64,000 bases of DNA from Atractiella rhizophila (taxonomy: Eukaryota). The stretch spans positions 1-64,000 of the forward strand of contig MU271433.1 of assembly GCA_021432655.1 (NCBI GenBank). The letters are read 5' to 3'. The position numbers and the translations under genes are program-made. The notes under the pieces were generated by a model that was given only the letters and a program-made list of their open reading frames with translations, was not told the DNA's origin and did not search any database. This document shows, in pieces, positions 39,577 to 51,049 of this stretch; within the stretch, counting starts at the first letter, position 1; every line of letters starts with the position of its first letter.

Positions 39577-41208
39577 TTAACGCATGTTCTCCCAATCGTT
39601 CACAACCCTCCAGGCTCCTTCCACCGCGCCATTCACCCCAGCACCAGTATGCACGCCGGCAGCGACAAATGCCAGCCTTCCCCTCCATCCCTTTCTCTCC
39701 ACCTGCTCCTTCAGCTCTTCCATCCTCCTCAGATGTCCGACCAACGGCTGTGGGAGGGCATTCCGATGGATGTATCCTTTCGAGATTTCTGGATCGGGAA
39801 TGGTACAGTGTGGGAAGTGATGCCTCAAAGTGTCGATGGCGTTTTGAATTACTTCGGCTTCTGTGTTGGGAAGCGGGAGCGAGGAGGAGGCGGCAGGGGA
39901 ATAGTGATACCCGCCAGCGATGACGGTGACCTTGGTTCCCTCTTCCGGTGTCGTGTCGTCGATCGAAGGAGAGATGAAGTCGTCGAAGCACACTCCAAGC
40001 ACGCCATACGGGTTTTGTGGTGTTGGGACCGATCGAGGGATGAGGTATCCGAAACCAGGTTTGAGCCGGGGGAAGAGGGAGTTGAACGGAATGGAGAAGT
40101 ATAAGTTGGCGAGAGAGACAGAGGCCGAAGGGAGCGAGTCGATGTGGGGGAGGGAGAGCGAGAGAGAAGGCGAGATGCGAGAAAGTGGAATGGCATAGAT
40201 GAGATGCGTCACCGATTCGCCGTTGGGCAGTTCCCAAGTGTTGGATGAGGAGTCGAAAGAGATTGCATCTAGTGATGCCCCAGTGTGAATTTCTACCTCT
40301 CGCTCCTTCAGCCAGCGTTCGAGTGCCTTCGGGAATCCTTCCAATCCGCCCTTCACACCCCAAATTGAGGCCTTCTCCATCCGACTCCTCAGCTCCCCCT
40401 CCACGGTTCCTTTCACCGCTCTAATCTTTTCATTCGTTTCCTGGTCCTCTTCAACCTTCACCCTCCCGAGATCAGAAGCCCACATATCCCCAAAGATGAA
40501 CTTTGCACTCAGTCTCCCAATGTCTCCCGCATAGATCCCGCCAATAATGGCAGAGACGAGGTGGTCAGCGACTGGTGCGGAGAGTCGACGACTGAAGAAC
40601 TCCTCCACTGTCTCGTCTTCTATTCTTTCGCTACGCGGACGACTCGAGAACACAGCGCTACGGAGGGAGGGAAGAAGTGAACGAAGCAGAGGTGAGGTGA
40701 GAGCACGATGCATTGTCGTGAGAGAAGAGGGGAGAAGGTTCAGCTTCCCGTCGTGAAAGATGTAGCGGTTTCGAGCCGCTGGCTCGTTTTTGGACACAGT
40801 GTAGACTTGCGAGGATAATGAGAGATCTTGAATCTGCATGCCTCATCACTGTCAGCAGAGAAAGAAGAAGAAACGAGCACGAACCATCTTCACACCTAGC
40901 CAGCCACCTAACCCGCTTGGCCGCACGCTTCTTGGTCCAGACTCAAAAACAACCTCTTTCCCACTGCTCAACTGCACCGAACTGCTGTTTATCCATCCTC
41001 CTATCCGCTCAGAAGACTCGAAGATTCTTATTGACGCATCCTTGAATGCAGGTGACTTTTTGAGGAAGTAAGCCGTGGAAAGGCCTGAAAGTCCCCCGCC
41101 TACTATTCCTATTGTAGGCCGACCTCCTCGTGTAGTCGCTGAGGAAGTAAAACATCGTGCGCTAACGCCAAGAAGGCAGTCGCGTCTTGCGACGTTTTTG
41201 AGCAGCAT
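39577..41208 (-). CDS. HEM14: Protoporphyrinogen oxidase
   Basis: IVGGGLSGLSTAY, RIGGWI, FESGPRSVRP, DETVEEFFSRR, GIYAGDIGRLS, GFGYLIPRS, PQPLVGH. The alternative upstream ATG is at 41232. Confidence 0.93.
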
Positions 41209-41409
41209 ATTTTCAAGTTGAGCAGAAGGCATCACGTGCTTCAACAATTTGGGCTGCTTCAAGGATCAAAGTTCTTAAGTGACTGTGAGTTTCTTAAATG
41301 CTGATTGTGCGGCCATTGGAGCTGCCCGACTGATTGGCTTGCAACCGATCCTACAGCCTACTCACCAAGTTGAAGTTCCACTGGCAACCTTCCTGGCAAA
41401 CTCGAAGGC

Positions 41410-43374
41410 ATGTTTTTCGAATCTATTCGTGAAAACACAGACGTGCTCAAGACCCTGCGTCGGGAGTCGAAGGATGCGTACGAACTCTCGTCCTGTGAAT
41501 AGTCAAATCGCCGCACTGATTGGTCGCATCTGAGGACAGGTTCAATCGCCTGCACTCCATAGATCAAGACTCCATTTTCGTCTCGACGGTGGCAGAAAGA
41601 GTCCCCTGGTGCCCACTTATTCGTATGCCCCTGATATTATGGTGATATGAGGGATTCCTTTATGGATCTGAGCGATGTAGCGAATCAGAGGTGTGGGGCG
41701 TGGTATGTTGACCCCTCGCATCCGCAAGTAAGTTTTCGCCTGCTTTTTCTCTCTCAACGGATCATCAAGAGCAATTCTGACATGTGTTAAGTTTTGCGAC
41801 GTAAAAGCGTACTTCAAAAGTACAGACGGACACACAGGACAGGAATGCACTTTCCTTTGGTCGTGCGGATGAAATATCTCACAAGAGTAGTGTAGTGGGA
41901 TTTCAACCTGCGTCGTGCCAATCTTCACCTCCTCAACTCCATCTCGTCGCATGGAGGGTGTGTCCATCTCATCACTTGCGCCCCGATACCATAATGTTAC
42001 TTTCTTCCAGGATGATATTAGTCGACTCGACTCGTCGAGGCAAAGTAAAGCAGCCCCTCCCTTTTGTGCCGTTTAATGGTAACGAACTTATGAGCAGCGC
42101 TTCCCAGATGCTCTGCTAAAGACTGTGCCCCTGTGGTGTGCTGTCATCAACTGTACTATGGAACGACTGAAGGTAGTGAAATACAACACCGACTATCGTA
42201 CATTCTTCCCTCTCATCCCTCCTAGCGAGGCCGAGCAGATTTGCCGACTTTTGCCCGTCTGGACAGAGAGATTGCTGGTTCGTTTCTTTCTGTCGAGGAG
42301 AAAATGGTCCCTCATTGATCGAGCTTCTTGTGGGTGTGACAGACTTCTTCGTATCCACTTGACAATTTAGTGAACCCCCTCACCAAACCTCTTAAACCCA
42401 TCTTTGTGTCCCCCTCATCCGCTCTACCCAATGCAGAACAGGATACGTACAACGATTGCTATCCCATCTTTTGCACGAGTGCCAGTCGCTTCGTGCATGC
42501 TGGGGACGGTGGACTAGTCGGCGATAGAGAAGGAGGATGGAGCTATGTGCAGGGCAGTGGGGACGATCATGAAGCCTGGGCAGATGTGAGCCTCATTGTC
42601 TGTTTGCCTTCTGCAAACTTTGCTGTTGAAGTGGTGACTTAAATCGAGTATAGGGTTTGACAGCGAAATTGTGGTGGGAACACAAAGATCTTCTTCTCCA
42701 GACAGACAGAGAGGACTTGCAGCATGTCATTCGTGGTCTTGTCCTAGATGACAGCAGAATGGTGGAAAAGGCGAAACGTTTCGATGTAGAGCAGACGAAA
42801 ATTTCTATCCTCCTTGGAGGCTCACCGTCACCGTCGAAGCGTCCCGACGAGAGACCATCCGTCTTCATTGGACCCAAGGTGGTGAACGCAACAGAGTTTG
42901 GTGATGCCGCGATACAAGTCCTACTGCCTTCGAGTTTCAATGAACGCATGAAGAGCTTTTTTGATGCCTTCCTTCCTCAAATATTGGATTTTTTCACGTC
43001 CAATCATGATCGGGGTCTCAACATCGTTGTTTTGCAGGACGAGTTTCTGGATTTCGCGATTGCTGCTGCTCTTGCTCTCCTCGGTATTGTATATTTCTTT
43101 TATATAGGTATCGCTGACTTTCTCTCCGTCACAGTCAGATTCTACGACGATAAGCGCCAGTTCTCAGTGCCAGACGACAGCCATAGAATCAGTGAGTGAA
43201 TGTCTATTGATGCCCTCAACCCGCTAAGTTTAAGGTATAGTGGACAAGACAGTGATTCGAAGTCGGCTACAATGGCTCATATCCTCCTCCGAAGGCCAAC
43301 TCAATCCTTGTCGTGCCGTCCTGAACAAAACGAATGTCTATTTCATGTCTAAACCTAGGATGAATCACCATTAA
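41410..43374 (+). CDS. RIT1: Initiator tRNA A64 2'-O-phosphoribosyltransferase
   Basis: FNRLHSI, NQRCGAWYVDP, AYFKSTDGHTGQ|WDFNLRRANLHLL, LVDSTRRGKRFPDALLKTVPLWCAVIN, KPLKPIFV, YVQGSGDDHEAWA. Confidence 0.92.
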
Positions 43375-43438
43375 TCCCTGCGCACATCAAAAGGCTGGAG
43401 ACGGTATATACGAAGGTCCATCTACAAATCGTCCATTT

Positions 43439-44900
43439 TTAATCTCGTTCTAAGCCAAGAACAATGATCCCAATCACAACAGCGCCACTTGTCAAACCCC
43501 AGGCGGCCCAAATCAAACTGAAAGCATTCCCGACCTCCGCCAAATTCAGTACACCCTTCTTATCGATATGAGCGTTGAAGCTTTGTTCAGCATCCCCAAG
43601 CTGCAAGCGGAAGATGACTGTCGTTATGATGCCCACGAGAAGAGCAGAAGCAGAGGTCAACACGGCGGTTTTCGCGAACAGACGATGTTTTGCTTCGAGG
43701 GCAGACATCTTTGCGGTGTGTATGGGGAGGGCGGCTAGTAAGAAGAGCACGAAAGAGCTGAAGAGCAGGATGATACAGAAGAGCAACAGCAAGGGGATTA
43801 GAGGAAATGAAATTGGAAGTCCCAGCGTCTCCCTAACGGCCGGGAATTCCAGTCCGAAATCGAGATAGGAGTTCAGGAAGTAAGGAACCAAGGAGCTGGA
43901 CGAGCAGTTCGTCGTTGACTGGATACGGACACAGGAGCCCAGTGTCCCCAAGAGCAGTTGATCACTGTCGTCCTCTTTTGTGGAACTTTCAGTTTGCCGC
44001 CGTCGCAGAGCCATGCTCATCAGTCGTCCTGGGATGGGTCGCTCTTCGAGCTCCACATTCAGAGAAGATCCCACGATATTACTCGATGCTTTTGTGGTAG
44101 CGATGCTATTCGAATGGGAAATCTTGAGGAACGCCAAAGATTCGTCAAAAATAGCGGTCGGCGCGAGAAAGACGAGGAGGACGAGGATGAAGGATGCAAA
44201 AGAAAGGAGAGAAGGGAAAGTGTGATACAGGTGCTTCTTCAGCCTGTTGATGGCCACAATTAGTCCATGGCCAGAAAGGAAGGAAAGGAACTTGCATCAC
44301 TGATGATAATCCTTTCTTTCCGTCTGATGCCATGAATGTTTTTTCAATTGCCTGCTCTGTTGCGTTGAAGACGGGGGAGTTTTCTGGAACTAAGGATTTT
44401 TCCGGTTGCGTCCCTGGTTGAACCTCAGAGGATAGTGTTGGCGTTGGTGAAATGAAGGTTGTAATTTCCTGTGAAGATGGGGAAGCGAGAGGTTGTAGAA
44501 ATGTCGCTCCTGGCGTCGAGGCAGAATCGTGGTTTCCCACGACTAATCTTTTCTCCTTAGGCTCCTCTTCCAAAGCTAAGGCTGCGAAAGAGCAAAAGCT
44601 ATCGTTGTCCTCCGAATCTACCGTAAACGCTGATGCAGATCCGTCGTTTTCTAAAAATTCACTCGAAGGGTTGAGTGCTGAATAAAGGGAAATGCCTTTT
44701 GGAAAAGCGGCGGTGATTCGTTTATCAAAATCTTCTTCTTGTGGGCGATAATAATAGTGGAACAACGGGTCCTCTACAGCTCTGACTTCTTTGGCTGACA
44801 ACGGAAACGAATAACGACGATGCTGTGATTTTGCGAGGATGGGTAGCTGCCGAAAGGACGAGACAAAAGAAGTGGACTTCGAGGAATCCACGTTGAAAAC
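43439..44900 (-). CDS. Four-TM PalI/Sur7-like membrane protein with acidic Ser-rich N-terminal extension (start unresolved)
   Basis: ORF 43439..44257 has four hydrophobic helices and LGTLGSC...C in loop 1, but starts with GTG. It joins ORF 44145..44891 through a GCAAGT...CAG intron (44295-44244). Confidence 0.6.
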
Positions 44901-45768
44901 CTGATCAAAGGTGGTGTCGAAAGATTAAAGTGAAAGTGAGGAACAAGGCACGGTGCCATATCCATTCCATGGCTATCTTTTATAAGCGAAAATTGGGGTT
45001 CACATACGGCGAGCAAACCCGAGTAGTTCGAAGTAAACAAGGGTGAAAATCACCTGCGCATCTTAGTTAATTTTTGCAACAAGGGCAAAGGACCTTCAGC
45101 TATGACTTTGACTTTGGCAACAAGGGGAAGGTTTACTGCGGAATGCGGAGGTCAGTGCGTTTGTCGTACTTTGTTAAGCTGCTCCTAATGCATTTTGGTC
45201 CTCTCAGTCGTTGGAAGATCCTTTCACGCGTCGCTCTCTTTATTCAGTGAGGTTGTGTCCGAAAGCATTCGTCCAATGCACATGATGGAACAGAGGGTGT
45301 ATGATTACGCCCAGAGCGCGCTCACAGCATCCTGCCCTCTCTACCCTTCATACCATCTGATCATGGTGTTGGATCATAGTTTCGTCACCAACTGTCGCTC
45401 CACCTCCGTAGGGTCTGATACTGACCCCGACGGAACGGTCTTCGGAGCGATGGTGAGCTTTCGCAGATTGAGTGTATCCTACGACTGGACGACTCCACCT
45501 TCATCTTTCACAAACGTGGAAGCCTAAAATCTTTCCTTCCGTCATCAGCTCCACCGGCTGCCACAGGTGCCGTCGTCAACAATGTCATTGACTAATTAGA
45601 GCAAATTTCACTAAGTGGAGGTTGAATTGAAGGCTGGCTAAGTGGAGGGAGGATCGAGGAGTAGGGGACAAAATTAGATGTCTGCTAATGGAGCGATAAA
45701 AGCAGGTTCACGATGCTCTCGACCTACCCAAGCCTTGTCGATAAGATCCAGAAAGTCTAGCATCCATC

Positions 45769-47292
45769 ATGTCCACTGAACAAATACCTAAGCAATTCTC
45801 CGGTTACGCTGCCCTTTCTGAAGAGGAGGGAAAGAAATTGGATGTGGAACCTTACTCTTTCACGCCGAAGACTTGGAGCGAGGACGACGTTACCCTAAAA
45901 ATTGTAAGCTAGCTCCTCCAGGTTGAATTCTATCACATCTAACATACTTGATAGACTCACTGCGGGTGCGTTCCAACTTTTCATCATCTGCAGTTGAAGT
46001 GGCTTAGCTAAATTTCGCTGGAAAGAATCTGCGGTTCCTGCATTCACACGCTTACAAACGGCTGGCCATTTCCAACGTAAGCTTCCTATCCCTTCGTTGT
46101 TCAAAGTCATTCATTTGGCCTGTTTACCAGCAAATACCCCGCGATTTGTGGTCACGAAGTCGTTGGAATCGTTGTTGAAGCTGGTTCAAACACGCGCCAC
46201 AAAGTTGGTGATCGAGTTGGAGTGGGAGCCCAATCCATCAGCTGTGGCGAATGTAGGGAGTGCAAGGCGGGAAAGGAGCCGTACTGCCTTAAAATGGGTA
46301 CGCTTTCTTTTCACATGAAGTTGGATGTGCTTGTTGATGTATACAAAACAGGCGGAACGTATCAAGGAATTTTCGAAGATGGAACCATGGCTCAGGGAGG
46401 CTATTCGAACTACATGCGAACCAAAGGCGCTTTTGCAGTCCCGATTCCGAGCGTATTGAAGAGTGAAGTAGCCGCTCCACTGCTTTGTGCGGGGATCACG
46501 ACCTATTCGCCTCTGAAGCGTTTTGGAGCGAGCCCGGGTAAGAAAGTCGGGGTACTTGGTATCGGTCCGTTTCAGCTTACAGTTCCCTGGGACGATACTT
46601 ATGTGTTATATTCAAGGCGGTTTGGGCCATCTAGGGCTTATGTTCTCGAAGGCGCTGGGAGCAAATACTTACGCCTTTTCCTCGTCTAATGGAAAGTTGG
46701 ATGATGTGGTCAAGATGGGCATTCCTAAGGTTCGTAATCCCACTCCTCATAAATGAGATGGAAAATTGACGAGAACCTTCATAGGAGAACTACATCTCCT
46801 ATTCCAATCCACAAGAAGTCATTGACGCACATCGCGGCTCCTTCGATTTGATCATCTCGACCTCATCAGGAAAAGGAATGCCTCTCGAATCCCTCTTCTT
46901 TGAACTCCTTGCCCCAGAAGGCGTCTTCTGCCTCCTCGGCATGCCCGAGGAAAAATTCCCTGCCATGTTTGGGCAAGCTTTTGCTATGAAGGGTACCTTA
47001 TTGTCTCTCTGCTCATCGCGAAAAGCCCCTCACCCTTTAACTAGGGATCCAATTGGCGGGAAGCATGATCGGCGGACCTCGCCAAATCGAGTGAGTCTTT
47101 TCTGGCTTCGACTGGAGAGAACTTGCTGATCGATTGGATGATAATAGGGAGATGCTCAATTTCGCTGCTGATAACGGCGTTAAACCTTGGGTGGAGGTCA
47201 AACCCATGCACCAAGCTTCACAAGCTTTGAAAGAAGTGCACGCGGGCAAACCTAGGTATCGCTATGTTTTGGCGAACCCTGATTTCTCCTAA
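45769..47292 (+). CDS. NADP-dependent zinc alcohol dehydrogenase (ADH6/cinnamyl-ADH-like)
   Basis: THCGICGS, GHEVVG, SCGECRECKAGKEPYC, APLLCAGITTYSPL, GIGGLGH, GSMIGG, PRYRYVL. Confidence 0.92.
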
Positions 47293-48070
47293 AGCTGAAG
47301 CAAGAAGGCGTAAGAATCCAGCGTGAATGAAGTGACATCTTTCCAAAAGAAATCGAGTGAAATTGATATCGTCAACGTTTGACAATTGCCAGTGGCAGCT
47401 TAAGTTTTGCAGAGTAACGTCTTTTTGGGCAAAAATTGACATATTTCGCAACACATACCAGCGACCCTTCAGTTGACACCGTCATGAAATAATGCGTGCC
47501 TCAGTTGTTTCTCACATTCAACGCAGTCAAATTTGAGTTTGGATAGCAAACAGCTCAAATTATCGAGAACGGTAACTATTACTTTGACAGACTCGGAGAG
47601 TAACAAAGTGGAGACGACATGTTGCAAAAGAGGAAGGAAATGAAACAATGCCAATGCGTTGTGTGATGCTCTGTAGCTATGCAAAGTATCAATTAATTAG
47701 GGGGAGGAGAAACAGCAAGAACCCAACAGACTGAGCCGAAGCGAATACTCAGTCCAAAAGGGAGAATTGACAGCCGCAGGCTGTGCAGTGATAACGATGA
47801 GGAGAGAGGGGATAAAGAGAGGAAAAATTGTCCGGTTTCATAAAGAAGCAAGCAAAAGTATCAACGAGACATTTGTATCAATAAAAGACCACGAAACTGC
47901 GATGCGACTGCGTTCGATAATTGAGATAGAGTCGAACACGAACAAAACGAGATCAAGAAAAACAAGGCGATTTTGTGAGTTGGATCGTATATATGTAGCG
48001 TTCTATCTGTGAAAAACACTGTCCATCTGATATAACGATAGGTCTTCAATATCCAGCGGCGCTGGTATGT

Positions 48071-48763
48071 TCACTGGGCAACGTCCGAATCCGTCGTGAC
48101 ATCCTCGTCGCTGTGGTCATAAGGGAGCACGCTAGGGAGCAGTGTGATGTGTTCGTTGTGCGCGAACGGTCCTTTCAAGTGTCTCTGCCACTGGCAGACC
48201 CTCTTGTATGCTTTCTCCATAATGGTAGACTCATCGTCTGAAGCATCGGATTCTTCCCGTCCTCTCTTCTTCCCAGCTTCAAGTCGAATATTTTCATTGG
48301 TATTGTTCTTGGTGGGGGAAACACTAGAAAAGAGATCTAGACCTCCGCTCGCGTTGGGAGTGGAGAAAGGAGAGAGAAGCGACGTAGAAAGGCAGAACTT
48401 GGGGATGTCGAAAGTCATTCCGCTGGCAGTATGAGGGACTTTTGGCGTGCTGTCGACGGTGGGGAACTCGAGACGGCCTTGCGCCACGAAACCATCACTT
48501 TCTCTCCAAAAAACGAGAGATGAGAGACCAGACTCACGATGTGCGCTTCTCCTTCCTTCGCAGTACTTTCTGCTATATTCGCTCGTCTTGTTCGATCCGG
48601 CACTATTCTGCAGGTTTCTTCTAGCCTTCTGCGATGTCGTTGGGGTCAATCCAAGGGAGAGTGGTTGGTCGAGCGCCGAGTCTTTGAGGTGAAACTGTTT
48701 CAGCTCCTCAGTGGGAGGGGGAGTGAAGAACGTTAGGGAAGAGGACAATAGTGTGATCGACAT
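48071..48763 (-). CDS. Hypothetical disordered protein with several S/T-P sites and a KKRGR NLS-like motif
   Basis: ATG-initiated 230-aa ORF with a possible in-frame 60-nt GTGAGT...AAG intron (~48537-48478). No recognised domain. Confidence 0.6.
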   Translation of the reverse strand: MSITLLSSSLTFFTPPPTEELKQFHLKDSALDQPLSLGLTPTTSQKARRNLQNSAGSNKTSEYSRKYCEGRRSAHRESGLSSLVFWRESDGFVAQGRLEFPTVDSTPKVPHTASGMTFDIPKFCLSTSLLSPFSTPNASGGLDLFSSVSPTKNNTNENIRLEAGKKRGREESDASDDESTIMEKAYKRVCQWQRHLKGPFAHNEHITLLPSVLPYDHSDEDVTTDSDVAQ

Positions 48764-48945
48764 GTTGAGAAACAGGTATTGTCCGAGTATATTTAATCAA
48801 GCGTATGATAGAGTGCTGGAGTACTGGGCAGACCGGATGATAGAGTGGGTGGGCGCTGGGTGGATGCCAGTTTAGAAAAAGGGGCTACTTGTGTCATCAC
48901 CTGATGTTTATCAGGTAAGTATTTATGTGTGTTTATCCAGACACA

Positions 48946-49215
48946 TCGCGTCGCGTGCAACGCGTTCTATCAAAAAAATACTTTCATGCATTCACGTTTA
49001 TGTTTCGCACGATGGCCACCTGCAAACCCTCCGGTCAGCGATGTTCAGTTCATTTACTAAGTACGCGTCGCGACGCGTGAATTCTGACTCTCACTCCTCT
49101 CATTCAGGTTGAATTCACGAGTTAAATATTCCACGCCTCGTGATCAAATGAGTCGCAGAGTTTTGGGTCTATCATAAACATCAGTTTGGCTTTACAAAGT
49201 AGAACCCTAACGCGT
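48946..49215. promoter_or_regulatory. Cluster of MCB-like CGCG/ACGCGT elements
   Basis: TCGCGT twice (48946, 48951), ACGCGT at 48960, perfect palindrome ACGCGTCGCGACGCGT at 49063-49078, ACGCGT at 49210. Confidence 0.6.
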
Positions 49216-49363
49216 CAATAAATAAATATTTGAGACAGAGACGGAAATGCGTTAGCAAACTCTGACAATCGTTGCAACCCTCTACAATTTACTGTAGGGA
49301 ACACAGCGCCAGGGGTTTGGCTGGAACGAGCAGATACTGGGAGATCAGGAGAGATCACCGACC

Positions 49364-50694
49364 ATGAGTGTCACTGCAGCTATCACCCAGATCACGTCGC
49401 GTTCTTCCATCGCGTCGAACCTCCTGATGTGTCGCAGAGTGGTTCAACGGGCAGCAGAAGAGGGTGCCAAAGTTCTCTCCTCTCATCTTTATCTTCATAT
49501 TCATCTAATTGATACGACGAAACATAGGTCGTCTTCCTCCCAGAAGCGTCGGACTTCATCCTCTCTACTGGGCACACCGATCCTTCCCTCTCTTCTGCTG
49601 GACTCTCGAAGCCGCTGAATGACAGCAACGAGTTTCTGGAGGGTATGAAGGAGCAAGCGAGAGAGTCCGGCGTGTGGATTAGCGTGGGGCTGCATGAGTC
49701 TGTTCGTGCAATTGCTTCACATCACTTTGAGTGTAATCAGCGTTGGCCAATGTAGGCAGAAGACCAAAGGCGATGTTATAACACCTCAGTCTTAATTAAC
49801 AACGAAGGCCAAGTGCGTATCCTCTCCTCACACTTTTGCATAAAGACAGAACTGATCGAACTGATATATTCAGGTGCTTCAATCTTACCGCAAGCTTCAC
49901 TTGTTCGACGTAGACGTTAAGCCGGATGGTCCTACGATTCTCGAGTCAAAGTCAACGGTTCAAGGAAAAGAGATCTTACCACCCGTCGAGACTCCACTAG
50001 GCAAGCTAGGGAGCTTAATTTGCTATGATTTGAGGTAAGACTTTTCTACTAAGACTTCGTTGCAGCTTGTTTGATCAAAGTTTCTGGGATGGACAGGTTT
50101 CCTGAGCCTAGTTTACGCTTGAGGAGGATGGGGGCTCAAGTAATAAGTTATCCCGTATGCTCGCTTCCCTTGTCTTTGACAATTCACCTTGACATACGAT
50201 CGGAGTAGTCAGCATTCACGATGAAAACCGGTGCTGCTCATTGGGGTACACTGTTCCTCCCCTTGCTCTGTAACAGTAACAATAACAAATCTCATCATTG
50301 CGTCTAGAAACTTTGCTAAAGACGAGAGCGATCGAGACTCAATCCTACATATTCGCCTCTGCACAAGTTCGTATTCTCATACCCTCGTTTGTCTTCTTCC
50401 CGTGATGATCTAACACAGGTTGGCTATCATCTTCCCTTAACACAATCCTCCTCTCTTTCTCTCAAGTCTCTTCCAAACCCACCTCCTCGAGTGTCCTACG
50501 GCAGGGCACTCGCCATAGATCCATGGGGAGATATCATCGCCCGTCTCCCCTCCTTTAGCGATGACTATGATTCAGAAGACCCGGAAGATGGCCTTTTTGC
50601 ACTTTGTCATGTGAATTTGGAGTATTTGGAGAAGTGCAGGCGTGAAATGCCGCTTTGGGAGCAGAGGAGAGCGGATGTATATCCTGAGATGTAA
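49364..50694 (+). CDS. NIT2: Nitrilase-superfamily amidase (deaminated glutathione amidase; yeast Nit2/human NIT1-like)
   Basis: VFLPEASDF, YRKLHLFDVDV, ICYDLRFPE, SAFTMKTGAAHWE, RAIETQSY, SYGRALAIDPWG; E-K-C triad present. Confidence 0.88.
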
Positions 50695-51049
50695 TGATTG
50701 ATTCTGATGTACTTTAATGAAGAGGCAAAATCTGTTAAGGATACGGGTCATTCACGCGCATTAACACACAGATTCCTAATTGTTGTTTTCTTGGAGGACA
50801 TGCTGATACAGCCTCGTCCGCATGGATTGATTAGTTTTACCAGCAGTTCTCTCTCAAAATGACCGTCTCCCATCGACACCCTCTCAATTCAAGAAGTTCT
50901 TGCTGACCTTCCTGCATATTAGTTCTCGCAACGGTAAAGCCGTAGTTACCCCAACACTTCGCAACGCCGCTCGCCGATCCACGTCCTGCTGCTTCCAAGC
51001 GCGGGCGACGAAAACGCCAGGGAGGCTTGCATACCCTTAGCAGCTAACG

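Noticed and set aside
39404..40363. 319-aa alternative-frame ORF overlapping HEM14
   Set aside because: Off-frame within a well-supported gene, no recognisable domain, and typical of codon-bias shadows.
45195..45600. Small plus-strand ORF with an intron-like GTGAGC...CAG segment
   Set aside because: No consistent start or frame and no homology recognised; may be non-coding or a UTR.
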